A stretch of 64,000 nt of DNA from Treponemataceae bacterium (GTDB taxonomy: Bacteria > Spirochaetota > Spirochaetia > Treponematales > Rectinemataceae). The translations under genes and the position numbers were made by a program. The stretch is taken from contig CAXXGJ010000038.1 in assembly GCA_963677895.2 (NCBI GenBank), positions 384,001 through 448,000 on the forward strand. Reading direction: 5' to 3'. The notes beneath the pieces were generated by a model. The model was not told where the DNA came from. It ran no database searches and was given only the letters and a program-made list of their open reading frames with translations. Shown here piece by piece: positions 9,946 to 21,396 of this stretch (position 1 is its first letter; each line of letters starts with the position of its first letter).

Positions 9946-12006
9946 TCAATTCTCGAAGCGTATGGGATCGAAGCTTTTGCCCGTCCGCGTGAAAAACTTG
10001 GAGAAAAATTCGTAGTACTGGAGCCTGATCACCTGTATGGTGACGATGAGGCCTTCGAGCCCTATGATGACCGCGTTGCCGACTATGAACACGACAAGCT
10101 GGAACACGATGCCTCCGGGTGCGCGGTTCCTGACGAGCTCGGCCATCGTGAAGACGACAAAGGAGAGCACGGCGTGGGCAAGCGCGAAGGCCGCCACGCG
10201 TAGGAAACTCATGGTGTTGGAGGCGTAGTAGGAGAAGGTCTCGATGATCTCCACGAGGCCGCCCACGAGGACATCGACGACGGAGAGTTTATCCCCGCCC
10301 GCTTTTGTCACGGCCCGCTTGAGCGGCTCGGTGAAGAGCAGCGCCGCGAGGGGAATCCCCAGACCGAGTATGTCGATCCATCCCAGTTTTCCGCCGAAAA
10401 TGATGCGCAGGCCCATGCCGGCGGCCCACCAGAACAGTAGGGAGCCGGAAAGCCCCGTCTTCGCGAACAGCGCCTCGCCCCATTCTCCCCTGCGCGCGAG
10501 GTTAATCATGTTGATGACGAGACCGGTCGAATTGATGAGGAATCCGATGCCGACCGTGAAGCCGAAAAAGCTGAACATCGCGCTTATATTGTCGCTCGGC
10601 ATGATGTCGAGGAAACGGTCGCGGGGACTGCCCAGAATCAAGGTTGTGAGGAAACGTTCCACGGGAACGAGCAGCGCCTCATCGGAAAAAACCGAACCGA
10701 CGAGAAGTCCCATGAACATGGAACCTGCCCCCGCCGCGACGAAGGCCAGCCAGAATTTCTGGTAAGCTGCGAAAAACCCCTTCTTCGCCCTCCTGATCAG
10801 GAGCCCGACGCAGATGATGACGGCGCCCTGGCCCATGTCGCCGAACATGATCGCGAAGAGAAGGGTGAAAAAGAAAGCCACGAAGGGCGTGGGATCGATG
10901 TCGCCGTACACCGGCGTGCCGTAGGAGAGGACGATGCCCTGAAAAGCCGACACCAAGCCGTTGTGCTTCAGGAGGACGGGCACTTCCTGACTATCTTCCG
11001 GAAGCTTCCCCTCCTCGTCCTCGGGATTGTAGACGCGTATGGCCATCCGGTCGCCGAACAGCCTCTCTAGATCGTCGCTCAAGGGTTTGACGTTCTCTGC
11101 GGGGACCCAGCCCGAAAGCCTGTAGACCCACTCGGTGCCTTCCAGCCTGCTCTCCACCTTCTTGAGCGCCCTGCCCAGCTTCACCGAAGAGAGCATCTCT
11201 GCCCAGGAGGCGGCGAATCGGCGGGCTTCCTCCTCCTTCATCTCGGCGAGCGCCGCGAGGCGTTTTTTCGCCCCCTCGTAGGAGGCTTCGATGGCGGCCA
11301 AGGCATTGGCCGGAACGCCCTTGAAATCGGGAGGCAGGTCCGCCTTGACGAATCCCGCCTTGGCAAGCTCGGTCTCGAGGGTGAAACGGCCCCGCCGCGA
11401 GGCGACGGCTATGATCGACCCCTCGTCGTCGAGCGGAATTATCGCTGCCCTCGCGTCGAGAGCGCCCGCGAGCAGGGGAATCCTGTCAGGGTCCACCTTG
11501 CCGATACGCAGGGCCACGAAAGCGAGCTTGTTGATATCCTCGAAAGGCAGCGAAAGCCCCGCGAAAGCCTTCACCTCGCGCAGCGACTCCTCAAGCTCTC
11601 CGAGCTTCAGCTTCTGGGCGAGGACCGCTTCCTCGTTTTCCCCGCAGAACGAAGCGAGCCTGTCCACCTCCGCAAGGAGGGCATCGTCGGGAAGCTTGGC
11701 CTTTCCCAGGTCCAGGCTCGCTTCCTGGTAGTCCAGGCAGGCGCCTATCTTGCCGAGCTTCGCGCTTGCGGCGTCCAGCCTGGCGAGGAAGGCTTCCTCG
11801 CCGGCGTCGGATCCTGAAACCCTGGAGCGCCGGCCGGCACCCGAGGAGTCCCCCCTCGCCTGCGAGTCCGACCTCGCCCGGGAAGAACCATCCTCGTCCG
11901 GGTAGATGATCTGGAAAGAATGCCCCGAGGAAAGATACCTGAGCGTGCCGTCAATATCGGATTTGAGGAGGAGCAGTTCCATCTTCCTCATCGTCGTCGA
12001 ACTCAT
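9946..12006 (-). CDS. atpI: V/A-type ATP synthase subunit I/a
   Basis: DPTPFVAFFFTLLFAIMFGDMGQG, SNTMSFLRVAAFALAH, IRLQYYEFFSKFF. Start set at ATG 12006 (ATGA overlap with subunit C stop). Confidence 0.96.
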   Translation of the reverse strand: MSSTTMRKMELLLLKSDIDGTLRYLSSGHSFQIIYPDEDGSSRARSDSQARGDSSGAGRRSRVSGSDAGEEAFLARLDAASAKLGKIGACLDYQEASLDLGKAKLPDDALLAEVDRLASFCGENEEAVLAQKLKLGELEESLREVKAFAGLSLPFEDINKLAFVALRIGKVDPDRIPLLAGALDARAAIIPLDDEGSIIAVASRRGRFTLETELAKAGFVKADLPPDFKGVPANALAAIEASYEGAKKRLAALAEMKEEEARRFAASWAEMLSSVKLGRALKKVESRLEGTEWVYRLSGWVPAENVKPLSDDLERLFGDRMAIRVYNPEDEEGKLPEDSQEVPVLLKHNGLVSAFQGIVLSYGTPVYGDIDPTPFVAFFFTLLFAIMFGDMGQGAVIICVGLLIRRAKKGFFAAYQKFWLAFVAAGAGSMFMGLLVGSVFSDEALLVPVERFLTTLILGSPRDRFLDIMPSDNISAMFSFFGFTVGIGFLINSTGLVINMINLARRGEWGEALFAKTGLSGSLLFWWAAGMGLRIIFGGKLGWIDILGLGIPLAALLFTEPLKRAVTKAGGDKLSVVDVLVGGLVEIIETFSYYASNTMSFLRVAAFALAHAVLSFVVFTMAELVRNRAPGGIVFQLVVFIVGNAVIIGLEGLIVTIQVIRLQYYEFFSKFFTRTGKSFDPIRFEN

Positions 12007-13001
12007 ATTTCGTCTCCCGCGAGAGCCCAGGCCAGGCCAATTTTCTCTTCGGCCGGCGCTTTCAGCCTTATCCCTTCGAGTATGCCCAGGACAAAGGAAG
12101 ACTCCGCCTCGAGCATCTTGAAATAACAATAGAGCGGCGTATAGCCGAACGGATACATATGCATGGAACGCCTCGCAAAGGCGAAGAGATCCCTCTGCAT
12201 CCTATTCTCGAGCAGGGGAAGATCGAGACGCGACGATGTCTGTCCCTCCAAAAGCTTTCTGGCCGGCCATGAGTCGAAGCTACCCAGGCTGTCGATATCC
12301 AGATCGAAACTGTCGAGAGCGAGGGAAACCACGTCTTCGCCCTCGATTTCCACGAGAAGCGGCGCGGCCCTTTCCCGGCCGTAGCCGTAATACTTGCGGA
12401 CCCGCAAAGCCCAGGCGAGATTCTGGTATTGTATGTCCCTCAGCACGAGGGCGGGAATATTGCCCTTCCGGTTCCTTGGAAGCGCCGAAACCGCGGCCCA
12501 CAGCTGCCGGTAATATTGCCTGTCCAAGCGGTTCTCGGCGGCTCCGATATCGCTGAGACCGGCCGCTTCTATCCATGCGTAGGGGGTGTCAGCGAACATT
12601 TCTTCCAGCCGAGGCCAGGCTGATAGCGCCTTTTCTATCGTCGGGCTGGAAAAAAACTGCGATTCCGGCCTTGGCTCCGACGCGGCGAGCTTGTAGAGAA
12701 GATTCTTGATGACGGAAATCTCATATTTGGCGACGATCGCGGCGATGAATGCATCCGACTCCATGGCCGAACCGGCGAGGGTCATGAAACGCTCCATCGA
12801 ATGTCCGATCACCTTGCGTTCCAGCGTCGCGAGCAGCCAAGCCTCGGGCCGGTTGGGAATGTCTTCCTCGAAATACAGTTTCCAGATCGAGGAGAGCGAG
12901 GATTCGGCGGCGAGGGCGGCGCCTTTCGCGCCCAGATACATGGAGGAAAAAGCGCCACAGACCCTGGCGTACAGATAGGCTATTTCAAACGAGTCGGCCA
13001 T
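12003..13001 (-). CDS. atpC: V/A-type ATP synthase subunit C (AC39 family)
   Basis: YLYARV, ENRLDRQYY, NLAWALR, ILEGIR motifs; operon position. Confidence 0.85.
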   Translation of the reverse strand: MADSFEIAYLYARVCGAFSSMYLGAKGAALAAESSLSSIWKLYFEEDIPNRPEAWLLATLERKVIGHSMERFMTLAGSAMESDAFIAAIVAKYEISVIKNLLYKLAASEPRPESQFFSSPTIEKALSAWPRLEEMFADTPYAWIEAAGLSDIGAAENRLDRQYYRQLWAAVSALPRNRKGNIPALVLRDIQYQNLAWALRVRKYYGYGRERAAPLLVEIEGEDVVSLALDSFDLDIDSLGSFDSWPARKLLEGQTSSRLDLPLLENRMQRDLFAFARRSMHMYPFGYTPLYCYFKMLEAESSFVLGILEGIRLKAPAEEKIGLAWALAGDEI

Positions 13002-13003
13002 GC

Positions 13004-13312
13004 TCAAGCCTCGGAGGACATGAACCTTCCGCAGGTCGTGGCGAATAACCGCTCGTCCGGATGAGCGGCGACGAGACTTTTTTCGTATTCATCGAGCTCG
13101 TTCTTGAGTTTTTCCGAGATTTCGGACTTAAAGGAGGCCAGTTCGGACTCCTGCTCGGCATGGAGCTTCGTGAGCCTTTCTTTTTCCCGGGAGTGAGCCT
13201 CGTCGCGAGCCTGACCGACGATGACTCCAGCCTCCGTTTCAGCTTCCCGGATCAGCGCCGCGGCCTTTGTTTCGGCCTCCAGCAATCTGTCCAGACCGTT
13301 CAGAGAATCCAT
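13004..13312 (-). CDS. V/A-type ATP synthase subunit G/H-like stator
   Basis: First gene of the operon; charged coiled coil LLEAETKAAALIREAETEA. Confidence 0.7.
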   Translation of the reverse strand: MDSLNGLDRLLEAETKAAALIREAETEAGVIVGQARDEAHSREKERLTKLHAEQESELASFKSEISEKLKNELDEYEKSLVAAHPDERLFATTCGRFMSSEA

Positions 13313-13327
13313 GGTGCACCTCTCTTA

Positions 13328-13350
13328 CTATACAAAATCTGTATAGACAG
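13328..13350. promoter_or_regulatory. Palindromic operator overlapping the -10 (TATAGT) of the ATPase operon
   Basis: CTATACA-aaatc-TGTATAG (13328-13346), overlapping CTGTATAGACAG (13339-13350). Confidence 0.45.
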
Positions 13351-13418
13351 GTGCGGTCCCATCTGTCCTGTTCCAGAACAAGCCGGGTGGAATCACACAA
13401 ACAAACTACGTATTACGT

Positions 13419-13895
13419 TCAGCTCAGGTCGCTGCTGTCGAATTCCTTTATAAGGGCGAAGGCTTCCGCGGGTGACGTGGAAGCCGCCAATCGTGTGGCC
13501 ATGCCGGTATCGTCAATCAGGGAAGCCATTCTCTGAAGCGCGTGCAGGTGCGATTCCGTGTCGTCGGGGGGAGTCAGGAGCATGAATACGAGGAACACGG
13601 GATGGCCGTCCAGCGAATCGTAGTCTATGCCTTTGGAGGAAATACCCAGGACGCCCCTCAGGCTGTCGAGACCCTCGACCGTCGCGTGAGGAAGCGCTAC
13701 GCCCTTGGCGATGCCCGTGGACATCTTGGCCTCGCGGCGGATCAAGGCGTCGAGAATTTTCTGGCGCGGGAATGGAGGCTTGGCCTGATAGCTTCTGGCC
13801 AGCACATCGACAAGTTCCTCGAAGAGCTCTTCTTTGCTCTCGCTTTCCAAACCTGTCTTGATCGTAGAAGGCTGAAATACCTTTTGAAGTATCAT
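13419..13895 (-). CDS. PTS EIIA domain protein (Ntr/fructose type)
   Basis: RREAKMSTGIAKGVALPHA (phospho-His), GIDYDSLDGHPVFLVFML. Confidence 0.92.
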   Translation of the reverse strand: MILQKVFQPSTIKTGLESESKEELFEELVDVLARSYQAKPPFPRQKILDALIRREAKMSTGIAKGVALPHATVEGLDSLRGVLGISSKGIDYDSLDGHPVFLVFMLLTPPDDTESHLHALQRMASLIDDTGMATRLAASTSPAEAFALIKEFDSSDLS

Positions 13896-13964
13896 ATGTC
13901 CGCTCCATCCTCTAATGACAAAGCAAGGGAGGAGTCTTCGCTTCTCTGGCGCCCGATCGGCGCT

Positions 13965-14384
13965 TTATTTCGTCGTTGTCTGCGTCGTCGATTCGACCGG
14001 TGCCGTGGCGGGCGCTTCGGCAGGCGTCGCAGCCGCGGCAGGCGCGGTCGCTCCGGGAGCCAGAGTGGTGGCGGTCGTATCGCCCTTCCACCATTCGGTA
14101 TTGGTCGTCTGCTGAGCCTGCTCCGTAACCAACGCTTCGACATTGCCGGTGGAGGACTTGTTGATGACAGCCAGCGAGAAGGCGGTTACGAAGAAAAGTG
14201 CTCCAAGCACATAGGTTATCTTGATGACGACATTCGAGGATCTCGACCCGAAGGCGCTCGCCGATCCGCCGGCGAAAATGCCGCCGAGAGAGTCGGAATC
14301 TTCATCCTGGATGATGACGAGGAAAATGAGCAGAGCGCAGACGAGAACGAAGAGAATGAGGAGCAGCACAGCAAAAAAACCCAT
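13965..14384 (-). CDS. secG: Preprotein translocase subunit SecG with Thr/Ala/Pro-rich C-terminal tail
   Basis: Two TM helices, LVIIQ...GGIFAGGSASAFGSRS; classic position after tpiA. Confidence 0.92.
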   Translation of the reverse strand: MGFFAVLLLILFVLVCALLIFLVIIQDEDSDSLGGIFAGGSASAFGSRSSNVVIKITYVLGALFFVTAFSLAVINKSSTGNVEALVTEQAQQTTNTEWWKGDTTATTLAPGATAPAAAATPAEAPATAPVESTTQTTTK

Positions 14385-14489
14385 GGTAACGACTCCCGGA
14401 ATGCAAAATTGACAACCTGTGCCCGCGTTGCGCGCACAGGTGTTCATGGTATACGAGAACGAGGCCTCGAATCAAGGCCTCACCATAAT

Positions 14490-15243
14490 TTACCTAAAAC
14501 AAGCGATCGGGGCAAAACTCTCGACCTTGAGGCTCGCGCCGCCGACGAGGGCGCCGTCGATGTTGGGCTTGGCCATGAGGGAGGCGGCGTTGTCCGCCTT
14601 CACCGAGCCGCCGTACTGGATGATCATCGTCTTCGCTTTCGCTTCGCCGTACAGGGAAGCGAGGACCTTCCTGCAGTAAGCGTGGACCGAGTCGGCATCC
14701 TCGGGCGTGGCGGTCTTGCCCGTGCCGATAGCCCAGACGGGTTCGTAGGCGATGGTCACCTTGTCGAGGCTCCCTACGGAAGCGACGCCCTTGAGCCCTT
14801 CGCGCAGCTGGGTGGAGAGGACGGTCTCCAGTTTTCCGGATTCGCGTTCCTCCAGGGTCTCTCCCACGCAGAGGATGACTTCGAGCCCATGCGCGAGCGC
14901 CAGATTGACCTTTTTATTGATGAGGGCGTCGGACTCGAGATAGCTGTGCCTGCGCTCCGAATGGCCCAGGATCACGACTTGGACGCCTATATCCTTGAGC
15001 ATGAGCACCGATACTTCGCCCGTATGGGCTCCCTGTTCTTCCGGCCCCATGTTCTGCGCGCCGAGCAAGGATGTTGGACCCCGCGAGCACCTTCGCGACC
15101 TCGGAAAGGGCGGTGAAAGCGGGCGCGATCATCACTTTTTCCTTGCAGCCCGCGAGTTTGGCCTTGAGATCGGCGGCCAGGGCGACGGATTCCGCGACGG
15201 TCTTGTGCATTTTCCAGTTACCGGCGATAAAATATGAACGCAT
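14490..15243 (-). CDS. tpiA: Triosephosphate isomerase, split by a 1-nt insertion near 15067-15068
   Basis: 5' part IAGNWKMHK; 3' part LGAQN, GAHTGE, GHSERR, AYEPVWAIGTG, LVGGASL. Removing one T from ATCCTTGCTCGGC joins the frames. Confidence 0.95.
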
Positions 15244-15383
15244 GGATAGTACCTCGTATTAAAGAAGCTTTCGGAACCGAGCAGGGTTCCGGCCACGCCG
15301 ACGATAGTAGCTGAAATCCAAGCGTTTAGTAAAGGCATTTTCGGCATCCAAACCGGCGAAACCGTCATAAAAAATTGCATGCT

Positions 15384-16070
15384 TCAAATTATGAAATCCT
15401 CGCCGCCCCAACAGCGATCGCTGTCGCCGCAGCCGCGGCCGGGGAAACCCACGATGACGGAGTTCTCGGGCACCGACCTTATGGCGACGGCGTTGGCCCC
15501 TACCCTCGAGTCGGCGCCGATGCTGATGTTGCCGAGGATTTTCGCCCCGGCGCCTACGGTCACCCTGTCGCCCAGCGTCGGATGGCGCTTGCCCCTGCTC
15601 AGGGTTGTTCCCCCCAGGGTCACGCCGTGGTAGATGGTCACATCGTCGCCGATTTCCGCCGTCTCCCCGATGACGACGCCCATTCCGTGGTCGATGAAGA
15701 ATCGCCGGCCGACGCGCGCGCCCGGGTGAATCTCCACGCCGGTGAAGAAGCGGGCGAGCTGGGACAGGACCCGGGCCGAGACCCTGCCGCCGCGGCGCCA
15801 CAGAAAATGGGCCAGCCTGTGCGCCCAGATCGCGTGCAGCCCCGCGTAGGCCAGGACGATTTCCGCCGATGAGCGCGCCGCGGGATCGCGTTTCCTTACG
15901 GTCTCGATATCTTCCCTCATCCTCGCGAACAGTCCAGGGTGAGTCGATTGTCCGTCCTCCGGTTTCGCGCCGGCTTTACCGGCCGCCGCGGCCGTCGCCG
16001 CTTTCGCTGTCGGCGCTACCCTCGCCGTCGTCATCGCCGCTTCCGTTCCAGTTTTTACCGCGGTCTTCAA
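15384..16070 (-). CDS. cysE: Serine O-acetyltransferase (CysE/EpsC-like) with Ala-rich N-terminal extension
   Basis: [54 protein letters not shown] before TTG 16070. Confidence 0.92.
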   Translation of the reverse strand: MKTAVKTGTEAAMTTARVAPTAKAATAAAAGKAGAKPEDGQSTHPGLFARMREDIETVRKRDPAARSSAEIVLAYAGLHAIWAHRLAHFLWRRGGRVSARVLSQLARFFTGVEIHPGARVGRRFFIDHGMGVVIGETAEIGDDVTIYHGVTLGGTTLSRGKRHPTLGDRVTVGAGAKILGNISIGADSRVGANAVAIRSVPENSVIVGFPGRGCGDSDRCWGGEDFII

Positions 16071-16152
16071 TCTTGACTCCTTTAGTCACAATATAGAGAC
16101 AACCCACCGAAGAGGAAAGAAAATCACCCTCCCCTCGAATCGCCTCGGGGAT

Positions 16153-16178
16153 AAAAAAAAGCCACCCTTTCGGGTGGC
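16153..16178 (-). terminator. Rho-independent terminator after pgk
   Basis: Minus strand GCCACCC-GAAA-GGGTGGC followed by T8. Confidence 0.9.
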
Positions 16179-16212
16179 CTTCAATCGCTGCAAGGTCTGC
16201 CGGAAAGGGAGG

Positions 16213-17471
16213 CTATTTTTGTTCGAGACAGGCGATTCCGGGCAGGGTTTTGCCCTCGAGATACTCGAGGCTGGCGCCGCCGCCGGTGGAAACGTGGCTC
16301 ATCTTGGAGGCGAGGCCGAACTTGTTGACGGCGGCCACGGAGTCGCCGCCGCCTACCACGGTGAGGGCGCCGCGGCCCGTCGCCGTTGCGACCATTTTGC
16401 CACTTCTTCGGTACCCTTCGCGAAGGCGTCGAATTCGAAGACGCCCACGGGGCCGTTCCAGACTATGCTTTTCGCCTTCGAAAGAACCTCGCGGTACAAA
16501 GCGAGCGTCTTGGGGCCTACGTCGAGCCCCATGAGATCGTCGGCGATGTTCTCGCCGTCGACGTTCACGGGAGTCGCGTCGGGGGCGAAAGAGGCGGCGC
16601 AGATATGGTCGACGGGAAGGACGATCCTGACGCCGGCTTTAACCGCTTCGTCGAGAAGACTCTTCGCGGTCTCGAGGAAATCGTCCTCGACAAGACTCTT
16701 GCCGACCTTGAAGCCCTTAACCTTGAGGAAGGTGTAAGCCATGCCGCCGCCAATGATGAGGGCGCTGGCCGTCTTGAGCAGGCTCTGAAGCACCGCGATC
16801 TTCGAGGAAACCTTGGCGCCGCCGATGATGGCGACCATGGGCTGCGGGGGATTATGGAGCATGGGCTCGAGGTGGGCCACTTCTTTTTCCATGAGGAAAC
16901 CGCCGACGCTCACTTTGCTGAATTTGGCGATCGTGGCGGTGGAGGCATGAGCCCTGTGCGCCGAGCCAAAAGCGTCGTTGACGTAGACATCGCCGTAGGA
17001 AGCGAGCTCCTTGGCGAGGATTTCCTGTTTGGCGAGATCCTTGGAGGTCTCTTCTTTATGGAAGCGAGTGTTCTCCAGCATGACGATGGAACCGTCGGGC
17101 AAGGCGTCGATGGCGGCCTTCTGCCCCATGCAGGAGGGAAGGAAAAGGACCGGTTTGCCCAGCTTGGCGGAAAGATACTCGGCGACTGGCTTCATCCTAT
17201 GCTTTCCCGCGAGATACTTTTCGAGATCGAAAACTTTCCCGTCCTTCTCCGCCTTTTCCTTGGCCTTGGCGGCGTCCTTGTCGGGATCGCCAAGGTGGGA
17301 CATGAGGACGAGGCTTTTAACCCCCGCATCGAGAACGTATTTGATTGTGGGAATGGCCGCCGTGATGCGGGTATCGTCCTGCACCTTCCCCTCTTTCATG
17401 GGAACGTTGAAGTCGACGCGCATGATGACGCGCTTTCCGGCGAGCTTTATATCCTTGACGGTTTTGATCAT
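16213..17471 (-). CDS. pgk: Phosphoglycerate kinase, split by a 1-nt deletion in an A-run near 16395-16398
   Basis: [46 protein letters not shown]; second frame carries GGGDSVAA and [15 protein letters not shown]. Adding one A to GCAAAATGG restores the frame. Confidence 0.95.
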
Positions 17472-17556
17472 TTTTCAGGCTCCTTGCGGCGGCGCCCCAA
17501 ACCGCCCAGGAACCCCTGAGCGACCGCGGCGCCGCCGCCGCAACGAAAGCGAAACC

Positions 17557-18855
<1,299 letters not shown>

Positions 18856-18885
18856 AAGCCGCGGCACTCGTATACCTTTATTGTC

Positions 18886-21396
18886 ATGTCCAAGAGGTCA
18901 AAAAACGCTGCTCCTCTCTTCGTCTGGCTCTCGCTGGGCTTTGTCATCCTCCTGGGTGCGGGCTTCGGCGCGGCGCTGGGCGGTACCGTCAACACCATAC
19001 GGAACGAAAATTTCACCGAATTCAAATCGGCGCTTCCGACCAAACTTTACGATATAAAGGGAAGGCTCATCACCGAGTTCTTCTCCGAGGAAAAACGCAA
19101 TCCCGTATCGATAAGCGAGCTGCCTCCCCATCTCATCGGCGCATTCCTGACGCGCGAGGACAAGACCTTCTACTCGCACAGGGGCTTTACGCTCCGCTCG
19201 ATAGCGCGCGCCGCTTTCGGCAAATTGATAGGAAAAAACCTGGGCGGCGGCTCGACCATCAGCCAGCAGCTCGCCGGCGATCTCTACGACGACCGCAAAG
19301 ATATCTCTTTGCGCAGGAAACTCGTGGAACTCTGGTGGTCCCTGCAGATCGAACGCAGGTTCTCCAAGCCGGAAATCCTCGAAATGTACCTCAACAGGAC
19401 AATCATGGGGGCGGGAGGCCTCTACGGCGTGGATGCCGCGAGCCAGTATTTCTTCGGCCATCCGGCCAAAGAATGCACCCCCGCCGAATCGGCGATCATC
19501 GCGATCCAGCTCTCCGGCCCTACCCTCTACAACCCCTTCAAAAATCCCCAGAACGCGCAGGCCCGTTCGAAAGTGCTCCTGGAACAGATGGTGGAGAACA
19601 AGGTTCTCTCCAGAGCCGAGGCGGAGGCTTCCTTCAACCTCTACTGGGACAATTTCGATTACACGAGGATCGCCTCGTCGGCGTATTACAGCCGCGAGGA
19701 CAAAGCCCCCTGGTTCAGCGAGTATGTGAGGCGCCAGCTCGAGGAAGACCTCCTCTACGGCTCGGCCGATTTGTACTCCGACGGTCTGTCGGTCTACACC
19801 ACTCTCGATCTCGATCAGCAGGAAATAGCCGACGCTTACATGAAACGGGGCATAGAAAGGGCGAACGCCTCGTATAAACGGGCTTCGTCCCAGCGTCTCT
19901 CCAAAGCCGACGATATCTATACGCCCATCGTGGAACTGCTCGGCCTCTCTTTCAACCTCCATCCCCTCTTCGTCTCCGATTCCAAGAGCGAGGCTAAATC
20001 CTACGATTACTATACCTCGAGGATAAACCCCACCCTCGACGCGGTATCCCTCCTCTTCGGCATGCCCGACCTGAAGCTGCTGGCCAACTCCGGCACGGCC
20101 AGGATAAAGACCGACCTCGAAAAAACCATCGTGGAAGGTTCTCTGGTGACCATCGACAACACCACGGGGTATATAACGGCATTGATCGGCGGATCCAACT
20201 ACAGCACCGCCAACCAGCTCATCAGGGCGACGCAGTCCAATGTCATGCCCGGATCCACCTTCAAGCCCCTCTACTATTCGGCGGCCATCGATTCCAAGAA
20301 GATCACCGAAGGAAGCCTCATCTACGACACTCCAACCATCTTCTACAACGAGGACGGGACTCCCTACATTCCATTGAATTTCAAGGGCGAGTGGAAGGGC
20401 AACGTGCTGGCCTGGAACGCCCTGGCCCATTCCATGAACGTTCCCTCGGTCAAGGTGCTCGAGACGGTGGGCTTCGACGCCGCCATCCAGAGGGCTGCCG
20501 CCCTTCTCGGCATCACTGACCCCAAGGACATACAGAACACCTTCCCTCGGCTTTATCCGCTCGGGTTGGGCATCATCGGCGTCTCGCCGCTTCGCATGAC
20601 GAGGGCTTATTCGGTATTCGCCAACGGCGGCAAGGCGGTGGAACCCATCGCCATACGCTATGTGGAAGACCGGAACGGCAACGTGATCCTGGAGCCGGAA
20701 AAGGAGATGCGGGAAAGGCTACGCGAGAAAAGCGGCGCCCTCCAGGTCGTGAGTCCGCAGAACGCCGCCGTCATGACCGATATGCTCAAGCGCGTCGTCT
20801 GGTCGGGCACCCTCGCGGGCGCGACCAACTCCGGAAACTCCATGAAACAGAAGGACGAAAAGGGCGATTCGTATACGATCCCCCTCGCGGGCAAGACGGG
20901 CACGACGGTGAACTGGGCTGACGCGTGGACTGTTGGATTCAGCCCCTATTACACCACGGCGATCTGGTTTGGGTTCGACCGGCCCGGCAGCTCGCTGGGC
21001 GTCGAACAGACGGGCGCTACCATAGCCGCCCCGATATGGGCCGACTTCATGAGGGATATTCACAAGGGTTTGGCGTACAAGAATTTCCCCTCGCCCCAGA
21101 CCGGTCTTTCCAGCGTGACGGTCTGCGCCGTCTCGGGACTGCTTCCTACGCGATACTGCGACGAGGGTACGGTAAATCTTCTCTATCTGGACGGCACCCA
21201 GCCCATCAAGAGCTGCGATATCCACAAGGACAAGACCGAGAACGCCACGAATCTCTTCAATTTGATAACGGGAACCTCAACCACGGGAAGCGGCGACGGC
21301 TCTGCAGGAAACGACACGGCCCTTACGACGCCGGACAGCATGTTGACGCTGCCCGATCTCGACACGACGATCAAGATCGATTTGCCGTCGTTCTGA
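18886..21396 (+). CDS. Class A penicillin-binding protein (PBP1A family)
   Basis: TM anchor; transglycosylase REDKTFYSHRG and GGSTISQQL; transpeptidase STFK, SMN and KTG motifs. Confidence 0.95.
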   Translation: MSKRSKNAAPLFVWLSLGFVILLGAGFGAALGGTVNTIRNENFTEFKSALPTKLYDIKGRLITEFFSEEKRNPVSISELPPHLIGAFLTREDKTFYSHRGFTLRSIARAAFGKLIGKNLGGGSTISQQLAGDLYDDRKDISLRRKLVELWWSLQIERRFSKPEILEMYLNRTIMGAGGLYGVDAASQYFFGHPAKECTPAESAIIAIQLSGPTLYNPFKNPQNAQARSKVLLEQMVENKVLSRAEAEASFNLYWDNFDYTRIASSAYYSREDKAPWFSEYVRRQLEEDLLYGSADLYSDGLSVYTTLDLDQQEIADAYMKRGIERANASYKRASSQRLSKADDIYTPIVELLGLSFNLHPLFVSDSKSEAKSYDYYTSRINPTLDAVSLLFGMPDLKLLANSGTARIKTDLEKTIVEGSLVTIDNTTGYITALIGGSNYSTANQLIRATQSNVMPGSTFKPLYYSAAIDSKKITEGSLIYDTPTIFYNEDGTPYIPLNFKGEWKGNVLAWNALAHSMNVPSVKVLETVGFDAAIQRAAALLGITDPKDIQNTFPRLYPLGLGIIGVSPLRMTRAYSVFANGGKAVEPIAIRYVEDRNGNVILEPEKEMRERLREKSGALQVVSPQNAAVMTDMLKRVVWSGTLAGATNSGNSMKQKDEKGDSYTIPLAGKTGTTVNWADAWTVGFSPYYTTAIWFGFDRPGSSLGVEQTGATIAAPIWADFMRDIHKGLAYKNFPSPQTGLSSVTVCAVSGLLPTRYCDEGTVNLLYLDGTQPIKSCDIHKDKTENATNLFNLITGTSTTGSGDGSAGNDTALTTPDSMLTLPDLDTTIKIDLPSF

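Noticed and set aside
14415..14481. Two hairpins between tpiA and secG as a possible tRNA or sRNA
   Set aside because: No cloverleaf, T-loop or CCA; more likely leader or terminator structure.
13542..15116. 524 aa plus-strand ORF
   Set aside because: Antisense to EIIA, secG and tpiA; shadow ORF.
14490..17471. Thermotoga-style programmed PGK-TIM fusion
   Set aside because: A terminator and cysE separate the genes, and the frameshifts are internal.
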